This document shows positions 37,012-46,200 of a stretch of 64,000 bases of DNA, in pieces. Origin of the DNA: Poseidonia sp. (GTDB lineage: Archaea > Thermoplasmatota > Poseidoniia > Poseidoniales > Poseidoniaceae); contig CBFIDD010000001.1 in the NCBI GenBank assembly GCA_965661285.1, positions 436,852-500,851 of the forward strand, in the 5' to 3' direction. Position numbers and translations under genes: made by a program. Position 1 is the first letter of the stretch. Each line of letters begins with the position of its first letter. The notes under the pieces were generated by a model. That model worked only from the letters and a program-made list of their open reading frames with translations, was not told the origin of the DNA and ran no database searches.

Positions 37012-39239
37012 GAGATGTTGAAACTGAAAATATCGCCACCGACAAAGAGCAAGCCGCCGATGAAGAAGCCCAAAATGGCCCCACCGTTCAGCAAGGGTAG
37101 GCCGGCTTGGGCCTTCCCTCGAGCCACGTAGGTCATCAAAACAAGGTAGCCCAAGAGCGCACCGACGAGGGTGAACATGGCCACTTCAAACGCAACACTC
37201 GGATCAAGCCACTGCATGGCAGAAAGGACGAGCATGCCCGGGAAGATGATGTCGCCCAAACCCATGAACATGGCTTCGCTGTTCTTCTTTCTCTTCCGCT
37301 TCACCACCGCACCCTCGGGAGGCGGAGAGGGGGCCGGGCGCTTGGCGCGTTCGGTCTCCTCGATGAGGGAATAATCGCTGTCTTGCGGGGCGACGAGGAG
37401 GATGGGGAGGCGCAGGCCAACCATCGTGTCGGCCAAATCCAACATGTGTTTTGACTTGTAGACGGCCCAGAAATCGTAAACGGCTGCGAGCGCCATGAAC
37501 ACGATGGCCAAGGCGGGCACAAACGTGACGCCCAGCATGACCGAGACACCGGCACCGAGCAGCACGCCCGTGGTGTTCACGACGTACCATTCGCTGTGGA
37601 CCACCAGCAAAATCAGCAAGAGCACGGTCACGGCAAGACCGGCGAGGGTGGGTCCAGTCAGTATTTGGAGCCCGTAGAGCGGGAACATCTCCGAGGTCAG
37701 TTCTCCCCGTTCAATCACAGTTGTCTGAGTCCCACCGGGTGAAGAGCGAAGCACGACCAGTTCGGCATCATCATCATCGAGAGCGAAGAAGACGTTGTGT
37801 ACATCCTCAGCGACGTCGAAACTGGCCCGATTCACGAGGGAGGTCGTGTACAACCAATGCGCTTGGCCATCGCCAACGACCAACAGATCGCTGTATCCCG
37901 AATCGTCCAAATCGGTAATTCGAACCGACGAGACCTCGCTCACCAATCCGTCAAGATTCATCCGTTCTTGGACGGTGTAGGCTTCCTCACCTTCGAGCGT
38001 TCCATTCCACTCAATGCCGACCACTGAACCTTCCGAATCACCGATGATGATGAAGCGCTGGGATTGGAGTTGCGTACCGATCTCGTTGAAATTTTCCGTC
38101 ATGAACGGCGACCATCCAACATCAGCAGAGGTGAACGAAGCGGTCGCATCGGATGCTTGTTGCATGAGATAGGTTGCATCGGCGAGGGCGCCCTGGACGG
38201 CGTCGTCAAGGGGTGGGGCATTGCTCTCGAGCAGAACGCTTGCCGCCAAATCAGGGGTGACCAGCAACCATTCATCCTCGTCCAGCAGATGGCTCTCGAC
38301 CGGTGTGTTTTCAGTTGAAAATCCGGGAATCGCCCATCGGGCTTGGTAGGTGAGCACACCGGGGAATTCCTCAAAGGTGTTGAAACGAACCATTTCATCA
38401 TAAGCGTTGATGAGGTAGACAGCATCGGTTGTTGAAACGGCAAGGACACAACCCGCATACATGTTGTCCAAGGGGCGGTACTCCCCATCAACCCAGGTGT
38501 GGCAAGCATAGCTCTCGGTCAACTCCCCGGTTGTTATGTCGACGGACCAGGCGTAATCTCCGGAGGCAAAGGTCAGCATGTCGTTGGAGGTGGTCATGGT
38601 CAGCGCGATGGCTGATTTGTACACTTGATAGGGGTGAGAGAGGTTCCAGACCGGCTCAACATAGTCGTTGGATGCATCCCACGCTGTGAGTTCCACGGTG
38701 GTGTTGACGCCGCCTTCTTCCACCGTGTAGAGAATGTATCCGTATTCCCCCCACGTGCCGACGAAAACACCGTCCTGATCTTCTGCAGACTCGATCTCAA
38801 AGGGCGTGGTCTCAAAGTTGAGGACCAACATGTGGGCAAGCGGCACCGTGGTGTACATCAGCGCGATGGTCAGCACGGCGTACATCCCGTACTTGATGAT
38901 GTACTGCTTTCCCCATTTGGCGAGGAAAATGATGAGGGCCGTGAAGGCAAAGATCGCCACCAGTTCAAGGGCAACGTAGCGAACCTGGGTGGCGCCTGAG
39001 GCGCCGAACGCATGCAATTCACCCACGTCGTAGTAGGGTCGGATGTACATGGCAAGCGCAATGGTTGCGACGAACATGCCGGCCATGCCGGCCATGCCGC
39101 GCCACTGCTCGGCCATCAGCGAGCCAAGACCTTCGCCATCACGAAGTTCGTCCTCAACGTCGGCGAAGCGCTGAGAAACGTGACGCTCCTCGTTGGACGC
39201 TGTCGCATCGCTCATGGTGGTGCCAATCCACTCTTCCAT
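37005..39239 (-). CDS. Presenilin/SPP-family intramembrane aspartyl protease with a large inserted ectodomain
   Basis: AVYDFWAVYKSKHM, MGLGDIIFPG, QAGLPLLNGG; start uncertain. Confidence 0.85.
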   Translation of the reverse strand: MEEWIGTTMSDATASNEERHVSQRFADVEDELRDGEGLGSLMAEQWRGMAGMAGMFVATIALAMYIRPYYDVGELHAFGASGATQVRYVALELVAIFAFTALIIFLAKWGKQYIIKYGMYAVLTIALMYTTVPLAHMLVLNFETTPFEIESAEDQDGVFVGTWGEYGYILYTVEEGGVNTTVELTAWDASNDYVEPVWNLSHPYQVYKSAIALTMTTSNDMLTFASGDYAWSVDITTGELTESYACHTWVDGEYRPLDNMYAGCVLAVSTTDAVYLINAYDEMVRFNTFEEFPGVLTYQARWAIPGFSTENTPVESHLLDEDEWLLVTPDLAASVLLESNAPPLDDAVQGALADATYLMQQASDATASFTSADVGWSPFMTENFNEIGTQLQSQRFIIIGDSEGSVVGIEWNGTLEGEEAYTVQERMNLDGLVSEVSSVRITDLDDSGYSDLLVVGDGQAHWLYTTSLVNRASFDVAEDVHNVFFALDDDDAELVVLRSSPGGTQTTVIERGELTSEMFPLYGLQILTGPTLAGLAVTVLLLILLVVHSEWYVVNTTGVLLGAGVSVMLGVTFVPALAIVFMALAAVYDFWAVYKSKHMLDLADTMVGLRLPILLVAPQDSDYSLIEETERAKRPAPSPPPEGAVVKRKRKKNSEAMFMGLGDIIFPGMLVLSAMQWLDPSVAFEVAMFTLVGALLGYLVLMTYVARGKAQAGLPLLNGGAILGFFIGGLLFVGGDIFSFNISW

Positions 39240-39312
39240 ATCAGCCTCGCGTTCTTGCAAGGTGTGAGTACCGAAGGAAAGAGCCTATGGTGAACGGTGG
39301 GCTGCACCGAAC

Positions 39313-40596
39313 ATGGTCGCTGCTCATGAACTCCGTCCGTGGCTCGAGACGACCAAACATCGAGGCATGGCGCTCGGCTTAGCCAACACCCACCGGGCCC
39401 TGCGGGAACTCCACCTTGCTTGCCCTGCCTACGAGACCGTGCATGTGGCTGGAAGCAACGGAAAAGGCACGACTGTGGCGACCCTGAGCGCAGCCTTGTC
39501 CTCAACCGGCATTGACCATCTCGCCTTTACCTCCCCACATCTTGTTCGTGTTGAGGAACGCATTCGCTTGAACGGGCGACCGGTCTCAGCCGCCCGCTTT
39601 GATGAGGGATTGCGCCGGGTTCACGCCATGGTTCAGCGCACAGGGATTCAGTTGACGTTCTTCGAAACCACCTTCCTCGTGGCGATGGTGCTGGCCGATA
39701 TCGAACCGATTCGGGTACTGCTGCTTGAAACCGGACTTGGGGGGCGTTTGGACGCCACGCGAGTCGCTGCGGCTGACGTGGCGTTGGTGACCTCCCTGAG
39801 TCTGGAGCACACCGAGGTGCTTGGCGACACGCTGGAGGCAATCGCAGGGGAAAAGGCAGCCATTGCTCGGCCGGGACGACCGCTGGTGGTTCGTGAGGTG
39901 AGGCACCACGAGGCCAAGGCTCGCATTGAGCGGTGTGCGCTTGAGGCGGGCATGGAAGGGATTGACGAGGCGTCGGCGCCGGCCAACCTGCAGTGGGTTG
40001 GTGTTGATGCTGGCGCCACCTACTTTGAGGAAGCCAGCACCTTGGCAAAGGTGGTCTGGATGCATCTGGCGTGCGCGGAGAAGAAAGAATTCCCCAACAT
40101 CCGCGCATTACGCTGGCCGGGTCGGATGCACGAGGTAGCAAGCCCCGGACAGGCGTCCATGACGTACCTTCTCGAAGGCGCTCACAACCCCAGCGGGATG
40201 GAAGCCTCGTGTGCACAACTGCAAGGGCAACCGCGGTGGCGGGAACCATGGGCGCTGCTGCTCGGCTCCACACCGCAATCGAACATGGAGGTCTTGCTCC
40301 GTCCCCTGGTTGAATTTTGCAAACGCCATCCGCCGGTTTCGGTCGTGGTCACCGAGCCTCAGTTCGGCCGCTACCCGGGCGTTGCGTGCGACGATATCGA
40401 GGCTGCGCTGGCCGAAGCAGGGCTGGCCACCACCGTCTCCTTCCGGTTGCCCGAAGAAGCCGTGGCGTGGCTGGAAAGCCAGAACCACGGGGCCCAGACC
40501 GTCTTCTCCATCGGCTCGCTCTACCTGCAAGGCAACGTTCTCGCCGCCCTCGGGGCCGATGACGACGAGGCGCTGGCGATTGTGGCGAAGGAATGA
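39313..40596 (+). CDS. folC: FolC-like folylpolyglutamate/dihydrofolate synthase
   Basis: HVAGSNGKGT, FTSPHL, ETGLGGRLDAT, WPGR, GAHNP, GSLYL. Confidence 0.88.
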   Translation: MVAAHELRPWLETTKHRGMALGLANTHRALRELHLACPAYETVHVAGSNGKGTTVATLSAALSSTGIDHLAFTSPHLVRVEERIRLNGRPVSAARFDEGLRRVHAMVQRTGIQLTFFETTFLVAMVLADIEPIRVLLLETGLGGRLDATRVAAADVALVTSLSLEHTEVLGDTLEAIAGEKAAIARPGRPLVVREVRHHEAKARIERCALEAGMEGIDEASAPANLQWVGVDAGATYFEEASTLAKVVWMHLACAEKKEFPNIRALRWPGRMHEVASPGQASMTYLLEGAHNPSGMEASCAQLQGQPRWREPWALLLGSTPQSNMEVLLRPLVEFCKRHPPVSVVVTEPQFGRYPGVACDDIEAALAEAGLATTVSFRLPEEAVAWLESQNHGAQTVFSIGSLYLQGNVLAALGADDDEALAIVAKE

Positions 40597-41108
40597 AACA
40601 CCAAGGCCGATTCATGGAAACCGGTGAGCGCATGAAGGACAAGCATCTGAAGATTCGAATCCAACAGTGCTTGGCGCTGGCCGAAGCCTCAAACTGTCCG
40701 CGCCGCACCTTCGGGGCCCTGCTGGTCGACCCGCAGCGCAACGTGGTGCTGATGGACGGCTACAACGGCGGGCCTCGTGGCGGCGGACGCTTGTGCGGTG
40801 GAGAAGAGTGCCTTCGCGACACCATGAACATCGAGTCGGGAACTCGCGTGGAAATCGGGTGCCACCACGCCGAGATGAACCTCATTTGCAACGCTGCGGC
40901 CAACGGCGTACCCACCAACAACGCCTGGCTCATCGTCACGGGCGAGCCGTGCATGATGTGTGCAAAACTGATTCATCACGCCGGCATTGAGCGTGTCGTC
41001 ATCGTTGATGGGGGCTTCATGGGCGAAAACGGCGTGGGCTACCTTGAGAATCACGGCGTTGAGATTCAGCGCACGGAAGGCCCGAAAGACCCTCGAGGCG
41101 AATCTTGA
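40593..41108 (+). CDS. dCMP deaminase family protein
   Basis: SNCPRR, DGYNG, HAEMN, PCMMCAK. Confidence 0.88.
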   Translation: MKHQGRFMETGERMKDKHLKIRIQQCLALAEASNCPRRTFGALLVDPQRNVVLMDGYNGGPRGGGRLCGGEECLRDTMNIESGTRVEIGCHHAEMNLICNAAANGVPTNNAWLIVTGEPCMMCAKLIHHAGIERVVIVDGGFMGENGVGYLENHGVEIQRTEGPKDPRGES

Positions 41109-41132
41109 GTCTTCGTCGAATACCGCCTCATC

Positions 41133-42956
41133 TCAAGGCGTGTAGTTGAGGAACATGAAGATGCCAAAGAGGAAGATCAGCATCGGGACGATGAAGATTT
41201 CAAACAACGAACGATTCTTCGCCAGCACGTCCATCTCCGTCCCGTAGTGCATCACCGAAGCATCACCCGTTTCGGTGGTCGGGACCATCGTGAGCAAAGC
41301 CTGCGCCAGCGTATCGTGGCTGCCCCACGCTTCCATGTGCTCACGTTTGCGAGGGACGCAATCGCCCAAGATGTAGAGAGGGTCACCGATGCCCACACCG
41401 ACGAGGTCCCACTTCCAATCGCCTCGCTGCCACGAATCGAGCAAGGGCCCGTAGTCGAGGGGCTTTTTGACCCACAAGGACGGGTCGATGAGCATCCCGC
41501 CCGAACCGTCGTGAATCATGAAGGGGACGCCCCCGCTCTTGGTTTCTCGATGCTCCCACGAACAGTGGGTGTCACCGTCCGAATTGGTTCGGCACACGTA
41601 CTGGTAGGACTTCCACTGCCAGGCCACCAAGCCTTTGTGCGTGCGACCTCCGACCGTCATCTCGGGTGTTCCAGCCACGGAAGGCCGCACCTGACCGACG
41701 AGTTCTGCTTGGCCAACGGCCGCACTGCGAATTGGGGAGGTTGGCAGGTCCCGAATCAATCGATTGAGTTTGAACTGTTTCCATGCACTGTAAAACCAGA
41801 TGAGGTTGATGACGGTTACCGCTATGGTCATGCCCCAGCCGAGCGTGGTATGAAACGCTGAACCGTCCCTCGCTCGAAGGTCAGCAGAGAGCCAAATAAA
41901 CGACGAGGCAAACACCAGAGCGCCCAAACTGTAGGGCGTGATGAAGGCCGCTTTTGGTGTGCCGATGACCTGAGGGTGCTCAGGAATGAGGCGCCCGCCC
42001 TCGTCACCCGCGTACGGCTCGTCAAAGCGGGTCGGCGTTGGCGCGCCGAAGAGCCAGTCGTTCTCCACCGAGCGCGAGGGGTGGTTGCTGTACGCCAACG
42101 GCGCAAAATTCGGGCCGAAATGGGGGAACAAGCGCCCGCTGGAACCGAGCACGCCCGGAGCCGAGGTGGTGTCCATGGCCGCCGAACGGTTTGCCTTGCG
42201 AACCTTTCGCAGTTCTACAAGCAAGGGCGGGGACGTGCTGTACATGAAGATCAAACCGCTGAGGCCGGAGCTGAGCAAAGCCCAGCGGCCCCGGTCCTCT
42301 CGCTGGGTGACCTCTTGCGGGTCATTGGTCGGGTTGTTGAGGTTGCCAATTTCCGATACCGAGAGCAGTTGGTAGCGAGGGGGGTCCTCCTCAACCAGAA
42401 CAAATGCATTGAATTTGGAGTTGCATTCGCAATCAACGCCGTGGCCTTGAATCGTCCGTGACCACTCGCTTCCACAACCGGGGTCGATGACCTCGCCTTC
42501 GGGTGAGAGCGAACCTTCAAGCGAAAAGGCCGCTTGGATGGCGACGCCTTCTGAATCCATCATGGTCAACGGCTGGGCGTCTGCCATCCAGAAATCATAA
42601 TCCCAGCTGCCTCCACCCTCGCCGTCTTCCTCCCACGAACAATCATCGTAGGCAAGAACACCTTCGACCAGTTCCAACGGGATCACGACAAAGGCAGCTT
42701 CCGATGCGTATTCCCCACTGCCATAGCCCTTCTGAAGAGGACCGTGGTCGTACAAGCCCATATCGTCGTGGAGGTAGGGAAGAACGGTCGCTTCTTCAAC
42801 GCGAGGAATGTCCGGAATAACGAGGCTGCTCGTGTACATTCCAAAGGCAATCAAGACACCGAGGAGGGACAAAAGGTAGCCCGCCATGTGTCTGCCCTTC
42901 GGTTTTGGGAGGAAGAAGAAACCTTGGTCGATGCTGTGAACATCGGTCGGCCCCAT
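41133..42956 (-). CDS. Membrane protein with a C-terminal GIDE-like domain
   Basis: LIRDLPTSPIRSAAVGQAELVGQV, PFMIHDGSG, GDPLYILG; several TM helices; GGAGGT RBS before the ATG at 42956. Confidence 0.65.
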   Translation of the reverse strand: MGPTDVHSIDQGFFFLPKPKGRHMAGYLLSLLGVLIAFGMYTSSLVIPDIPRVEEATVLPYLHDDMGLYDHGPLQKGYGSGEYASEAAFVVIPLELVEGVLAYDDCSWEEDGEGGGSWDYDFWMADAQPLTMMDSEGVAIQAAFSLEGSLSPEGEVIDPGCGSEWSRTIQGHGVDCECNSKFNAFVLVEEDPPRYQLLSVSEIGNLNNPTNDPQEVTQREDRGRWALLSSGLSGLIFMYSTSPPLLVELRKVRKANRSAAMDTTSAPGVLGSSGRLFPHFGPNFAPLAYSNHPSRSVENDWLFGAPTPTRFDEPYAGDEGGRLIPEHPQVIGTPKAAFITPYSLGALVFASSFIWLSADLRARDGSAFHTTLGWGMTIAVTVINLIWFYSAWKQFKLNRLIRDLPTSPIRSAAVGQAELVGQVRPSVAGTPEMTVGGRTHKGLVAWQWKSYQYVCRTNSDGDTHCSWEHRETKSGGVPFMIHDGSGGMLIDPSLWVKKPLDYGPLLDSWQRGDWKWDLVGVGIGDPLYILGDCVPRKREHMEAWGSHDTLAQALLTMVPTTETGDASVMHYGTEMDVLAKNRSLFEIFIVPMLIFLFGIFMFLNYTP

Positions 42957-43046
42957 ACCTCCACTATGGGCTATCGTCCTATAATTCAACCTCCGGAACG
43001 GTACAAGGAAGGGAAGAACGGCGGAGAAAAGGCCCAGTGGAGGTCG

Positions 43047-43196
43047 TGCCGGGGCAGGATTCTCACTCAAACGGCTTAGCAGCCGTGCAGTTCTCACCCT
43101 GCTGCTGGGTAATGCCGGGGGCAGGATTCTCACTCAAACGGCTTAGCAGCCGTGCAGTTCTCACCCTGCTGCTGGGTAATGCCGGGGGCAGGATTC
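43047..43196 (-). repeat. tRNA-linked tandem repeat: three copies of the tRNA-Leu 3' end separated by two identical 50-bp spacers (period 66-67 bp)
   Basis: TGCCGGGG(G)CAGGATTC starts at 43047, 43113 and 43180 with identical intervening sequence. Confidence 0.92.
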
Positions 43197-43261
43197 GAAC
43201 CTGCGAAGCAATATGCAGAGGAGCTTGAATCCACCCCCTTTGACCACTCGGGTACCCCGGC
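43180..43261 (-). tRNA. tRNA-Leu(CAA)
   Basis: GCCGGGG acceptor, D arm with GAGTGGTCAAA, anticodon loop TT-CAA-GC, long variable arm, GCAGG-TTCGAAT-CCTGC, discriminator A; one T:T mismatch in the anticodon stem; no CCA. Confidence 0.88.
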
Positions 43262-43294
43262 TTCTGTTCGTGCCGTGAGGCCCGTTCTTCTTGA

Positions 43295-46200
43295 CTATTC
43301 CTCTTGTGGAATGTCCGCCAAATCAACGGGTTTCGGGGGCGGTCGACGATGCGAAACGATGCGTCGAATTCGTTCCAAGTGATATGATTCAGCGCGTTGA
43401 GCGCGTTGCTGTCGAACGACGAAGAGCACCATGCCCGCCACGAGCAAGGAAAGCGCCGAAAGGCTGAGTGTCGCCATGCTGCTGTTGGCGTCATCGCCCT
43501 CGCCCGCTTTGATATCAGCCATGGGAACCGGAACCTGCGGCGTGTGGTTGACGATCTCGAGATTCAGGCCTAGCCGACCGACTTTCCAGGCCTCGATGTT
43601 CCATACGAAATTCACCCATTCTCCAGAAGCCAGCGACCGCGTTTCGTTGGCCATGATGCGTCCTTCATCGTCTCGTAGCAGCACGTTCATCTCCCCTGGC
43701 AAGAGACCGTCGTTGGCAATCCGGGCATAGATCGAAACGTTCTCACCAACGGTTGGGCGGAACGGGGTGGCTGAGAGGTCGGTGAGAACGGGTTCAAACG
43801 CATACCACGTCAACCCGACGTTCAGTGGCGCACGTTCTGTCCCGTAGCCCGTCAAGGTTCGTCCAGACCGGTCGCTGGCCTCGAACCAGACGATGAGCAC
43901 ATCACTGCGTGTCAACGCAACATCGTTGGGGAGGAAGTTGACCGTCCCGTTGTACACCGTGAATTCATTGACCACCTCACGAAGCGGGAGGAAGAAGGCC
44001 TTCTCGGTGCCCGCCACGGGTTGACCAAGACGATAGAACACAGCATGCATCTTCAGCGCGGTGGGTGGCATATCGGTGTCGTCGCTGATGCTCAGGGAAA
44101 CCTCAACCGCTTCCAGTTCATTGGAGGGGAGGTTCTCAAGCATCCCCGGTTCGAGAACGAGTTTTGGTGCAGCATCATCCACGACGACGTTGTAGTGCAG
44201 GGGACCGAAGGCTCGCTCATCGTAGCCTTGAGCCTCAACGGTCAGGGTGCCGGTATCGTTGTACATCACGTTCTCGTTCATGGAGACGTTGAATTCCACC
44301 GCCCCGGATTCGGTCATGTTGAAATGTCCAATTTCAGACCGCTCACCATCACTCAGCGTCCAGACAAACGAACCCGTTGCTGGGAGGTCGCGGGCGAGCA
44401 CGTCGGTGCCGTTGTGAAACACCCCAATGCGATGATGGACCGCCTCGTTTCGATGGAACCAATAGGTGGAGCCGTTGTTATCACCGAAGGGCGCTTGCAT
44501 GTCGGTGATGTTCAGCCATTCAACGCCAACCTCGGTACCGGGAGTCCAGGACAATCCGCCCAACTGATACAATCCAAGACCGAGGTCCTGCCCTTCATCG
44601 AACACCTTGAGGGAGGGCGTCCCACCCTCTGCAGCGATGGTGGTGCTGGCGTTCCAGTCCAAGCGGAACGAGACGGTCACGTCGTAGGTGGTCACCAGCG
44701 GTCGTTTCACCACCTGTACGGTGGGTGCTTCAATGAAACACAACTCGTCGAATTCCACGCCGCCAAAACGAGGCTCGTAGTGGATGAAGCAGGCCGACTC
44801 GTTTGTTTCGCCCAAGAGCGCCAAACGAAGGCTTTCGAGCGAGGAAATTCCATTCGCGTCGCCTAAGGCAAACGAGAAGGTGTGTTCGTGGCCCGCCAGC
44901 AAACGGTTGTTGATCCGGTCGAGACGGAGGCTCTCGACGTCAACGGTGGTGTCCGAGCGTCGCTGAACGCTGATGGTGGCCAGATCGTCCGATTCACCGA
45001 AGGACCCGCCGCCGGTCAAGGGATTTCCAGCGAGATCTTCTCCCTTCAGAACCACGCTCACGCGCCCAACCGGGCTGTTGTCGGGCACCACGCTTTGGGA
45101 CGAAAGAAGAGGAAGGTCAACCTCGAGTTGGGCGACACCGCGGTTTAGACTCACGGTTTGCATCGTGTATTCGCTCTCTTCCATGATGCCGTTGCCGTTG
45201 GCATCGTCGCGCCGCTCAAGCCACGTCCACACCTCCAACTGACTCGAGAGTCCTTCGGGGTCGCTGAGTTGAAGCCGCAAGGCGATGTCCTTGCCGTACA
45301 TCGAAACATGGCCGTCGGCGACCACTTCCTGTCCCGAATCCAAGACATGCAGGGAATCCACCTCAGGTGGAACGGTGTCGTGCAAAAAACGGGTCGGCGT
45401 CAACACCACCGTTCGGTCCTCGCTCGTCGTGACGGCGTCAACCGGCCCACGACGCGTGAGACTGGGTCGAAGTTCGAAGAAGGTGTTACTCGGAAGGCCC
45501 TCTGACTGCGACGGTGTCGAGAGTGAAACAGAGAACCACCCTCCCGATGTGACCTCAGCCGACCATGCTCTCGACCAGTTGACAGGTTCGTTCAACCACT
45601 CGTCGGGGCCCCCCGAGAGGTTCTTTGATGGTACGGCTCGCAACGTCACGGTGACTTCGGCTTCACCGGCGTCTACCCACTGGTTCGCAATGCCTTCCAT
45701 CCGAACCCGCCCCTCGGCATGCAGGGTTTGGTTTTCGTTCAGGTGGTAGGGCCAGAAGGAATTGGTCCAGTCGTCAATCCGGCGTTGGTCGGTGTCTGAG
45801 ACAGTAAAATCAACCACTTCAAGGTCGTTTTCAACCTCGTTGAACGCAGTTTTCCTCACGAACACCTCCGGTCCGGTCTCAAGCCCGTTCTCGTCTTGGG
45901 CCGTCGTCAAGACATGGAGGTCGTCCATATCGTTGAGCAACCATGTGCTGGTCAGCACCCACTGAACACTGCAAGTGTTGAGGGTGCAGGAGACACTGGA
46001 AGCGGCAGCGTCCAAGTGCGCGAGGCCCACACCGTCCAATTGCCTGAATCGAGGCGCATCTTGAATCCGGTCAAGTTCGACATGAACGACAGCGTCATTG
46101 AGGTCGCCGGACGGCGAGAGATGGAACGCCACCTTGGTGATGTCAGGGGCATTCTCGCTCGCATCGAGAGGGTTGAGGCGCGTGTGGTGCGTGGTGAAGG

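Noticed and set aside
43047-43196. CRISPR-like repeat-spacer appearance
   Set aside because: Spacers are identical, the repeat is a tRNA 3' end, and there are no cas genes
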